A stretch of 8,909 bases of DNA from contig CAZFVS010000019.1 in assembly GCA_964522265.1 (NCBI GenBank), forward strand, positions 3,736 through 12,644, given 5' to 3'. Under the pieces are notes generated by a model. That model was not told the DNA's origin, did no database searches, and was given only the letters and a program-made list of their open reading frames with translations. Positions 7,795 through 8,909 of this stretch are shown here, one piece after another (the stretch's first letter is position 1; the number at the start of each line of letters is the position of its first letter). Origin of the DNA: an uncultured Gammaproteobacteria bacterium (lineage in GTDB: Bacteria; Patescibacteriota; Microgenomatia; Daviesbacterales; UBA10151). The position numbers were made by a program, and so were the translations under genes.

Positions 7795-7803
7795 TTTAAA
7801 AAC

Positions 7804-8277
7804 GTGAGAAGCGGAAAAATAACAAAAAGGAAATTAGCACCAGACCCAATATATAATTCAAGGCTGGTTACCCGTTTTATCAACAGGGTGATGTTCAGCG
7901 GCAAAAAAACTGTTGCCCAAAATATAGTTTATGCAGCTTTTGACCGGATAGAAAAAAACGGGAAGAATCCTCTACAAATTTTTGAAACAGCTTTAGCTAA
8001 TGTTTCCCCCAGGATGGAAGTCAGGCCCAGGAGAGTTGGAGGAGCTTCATACCAGGTTCCGGTTGAGGTCAGGGGAGACAGGAGAGAGGCTTTGGCAATA
8101 CGGTGGCTGATCGCTGCCGCCAAATCCCGCCCCAATAAAGAGTTTCATACTTTTTCTGAAAAACTTGCACAGGAGTTTCTGGATGCTGCCAACAGCCAGG
8201 GTATTGCTATCAAAAGGAAAGAAGATATCTCCAGGATGGCTGAAGCAAATAAGGCGTTCGCACATTTCAGATGGTAA
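7804..8277 (+). CDS. rpsG: 30S ribosomal protein S7 (GTG start)
   Basis: The 157-aa ORF contains DPIYNS.LV..FIN..M..GKK..A..IVY.A, RRVGGASYQVPVEVR, and the near-invariant C-terminus RMAEANKAFAHFRW. A strong SD lies upstream. Confidence 0.95.
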   Translation: MRSGKITKRKLAPDPIYNSRLVTRFINRVMFSGKKTVAQNIVYAAFDRIEKNGKNPLQIFETALANVSPRMEVRPRRVGGASYQVPVEVRGDRREALAIRWLIAAAKSRPNKEFHTFSEKLAQEFLDAANSQGIAIKRKEDISRMAEANKAFAHFRW

Positions 8278-8289
8278 TCTGAAATGTGC
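8260..8289 (+). repeat. Perfect 12-bp inverted repeat (hairpin) enclosing the rpsG stop codon in its 6-nt loop. It may be a 3'-end structure or an atypical terminator.
   Basis: GCACATTTCAGA (8260-8271), loop TGGTAA (8272-8277, Trp codon plus TAA), then TCTGAAATGTGC (8278-8289). The arms are exact reverse complements. No T-tract follows on either strand. Confidence 0.6.
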
Positions 8290-8375
8290 TCCGCCTTGCG
8301 AGATTTTCGCTACTATTGAAATAGCTTTTTTAATACTTGTATTTTCCTAGGCACGAAAGGCGTCCCCTTTTGAGG

Positions 8376-8837
8376 CTAAGTTAATTGAATAAGTTTATAC
8401 CCCCTGGTTTTTATTGTAATAATTTCAAAAGGGTTGTTTTGGTGTTTCAGTTTACTTCTGACCCTGGCTACCAGCCTGTCTATAGCCCAATCTGAAACAC
8501 CCAGTTCTTCCTCTTCCGGCCAGACTGCGCTGATGATATCTTCACGCTCACAGACCTGGCCGATATTATTTTGTAAGTAGGTGAACAACAGATATTCTTT
8601 TTTACTTAGATCTGCCGGATTGGTTTTTACAGCCTCCCGGTCTTGATTATTTTGCTGCAATTTTAGGAAGTGCTCAAAAATTGGGCTAAAAATATTATTC
8701 AGGCAGATTAAACCTGTATCCCACAGATATTTGCCGGTATTTTTTTCATGTTCAGATATTTTTTCTGCAGAGGCTATCTTAATCAAAATATTTTGTTCCT
8801 CATAAGTTAAACTATCCCAAAGCTCTTCTGATTGCAT
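8376..8837 (-). CDS. OmpR/PhoB-type winged-helix (Trans_reg_C-like) DNA-binding protein with no receiver domain visible. It may be 5'-truncated by the window edge.
   Basis: The C-terminal roughly 75 aa read LSKKEYLLFTYLQNNIGQVCEREDIISAVW....SDWAIDRLVARVRSKLK....IITIKTRGYKL. This follows the OmpR/PhoB effector-domain pattern (L-[ST]-x-x-E-[FY]-x-L-L ... R-E-x-[LI] ... V-W ... [IV]-D-x-x-[IV]-x-R-[LIV]-R-x-K-L ... [TI]-x-R-G-x-[GK]-[YL]). The N-terminal roughly 75 aa do not resemble a REC domain. The frame has no stop from 8838 to 8909, and there is no clear SD before ATG 8837. Confidence 0.8.
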   Translation of the reverse strand: MQSEELWDSLTYEEQNILIKIASAEKISEHEKNTGKYLWDTGLICLNNIFSPIFEHFLKLQQNNQDREAVKTNPADLSKKEYLLFTYLQNNIGQVCEREDIISAVWPEEEELGVSDWAIDRLVARVRSKLKHQNNPFEIITIKTRGYKLIQLT

Positions 8838-8909
8838 ACTGATTCGCTCATCGGCAATAAGAGTGGCAAAAAGCTGCGCGCTTTCTTCTAAAGGGGGTGT
8901 TTTTTCCGA

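Noticed and set aside
7929-8265. Two minus-strand ORFs (68 and 72 aa) lie antisense to rpsG.
   Set aside because: They are embedded in a conserved ribosomal protein gene and have no motifs, so they are shadow ORFs.
8165-8350. A + strand 61-aa ORF overlaps the rpsG 3' end and the intergenic spacer.
   Set aside because: It is out of frame with the well-supported rpsG, has no SD, and runs through the hairpin and AT-rich spacer. The composition looks non-coding.
8298-8371. Possible intrinsic terminators lie after rpsG. They are GCGA/TCGC (8298-8310), GCTA/TAGC plus T6 (8309-8331), and an interrupted AGG-ACG/CGT-CCT stem plus T4 (8349-8371).
   Set aside because: The stems are only 4-6 bp and interrupted, which is too weak to call from sequence alone. 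One of them may still act as the real terminator, but I cannot support a specific call.
1-8909. Alternative genetic code (UGA recoding, as in some candidate phyla) or programmed frameshifting in the large genes.
   Set aside because: All four housekeeping ORFs are uninterrupted under the standard bacterial code, with full-length conserved termini. Reading through the rpoB TGA at 3518 hits further stops almost at once. The A7 runs (for example 4045-4051 and 6244-6250) sit in intact frames.
1-8909. CRISPR arrays, long direct or terminal inverted repeats, IS elements, integrases, tRNA or rRNA genes.
   Set aside because: By eye, no regularly spaced repeats, no tRNA-like cloverleaf candidates in the short intergenic regions (1-118, 7701-7803, 8278-8375), and no transposase or integrase-like ORFs are visible. 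A computational repeat scan would be needed to exclude short dispersed repeats.

Overview
This window is a core housekeeping locus. Four + strand genes are packed as one apparent transcription unit: rpoB (119-3520), rpoC (most likely start ATG 3525, not the track's TTG 3441, to 7223), rpsL (7227-7700) and rpsG (GTG 7804-8277). A convergent minus-strand gene follows (8376-8837). It encodes an OmpR/PhoB-type winged-helix DNA-binding protein with no visible receiver domain, and its frame stays open to the window edge. I see no rRNA, tRNA, CRISPR array, transposase, integrase, toxin-antitoxin or defence-type gene. All other track ORFs are antisense or out-of-frame shadows of the large genes. The RNA polymerase is Gram-positive-like: there is no insertion in the beta-prime trigger loop, and S12 has the Firmicute-like N-terminal insertion. 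Several otherwise conserved motifs are divergent, which would fit a fast-evolving, possibly uncultivated small-genome lineage, but that is inference only. I do not find convincing evidence of a novel multi-gene system here. The second-look items are modest. They are a roughly 100-aa K/E-rich coiled-coil insertion in beta-prime, a Gly/Ala/Pro tail on S12, and two clear RNA hairpins (the rpsL-rpsG spacer, and a perfect 12-bp stem enclosing the rpsG stop codon). Others are stop/start overlap relays at gene junctions, a str operon that ends after rpsG without fusA/tuf, and the receiver-less wHTH gene.
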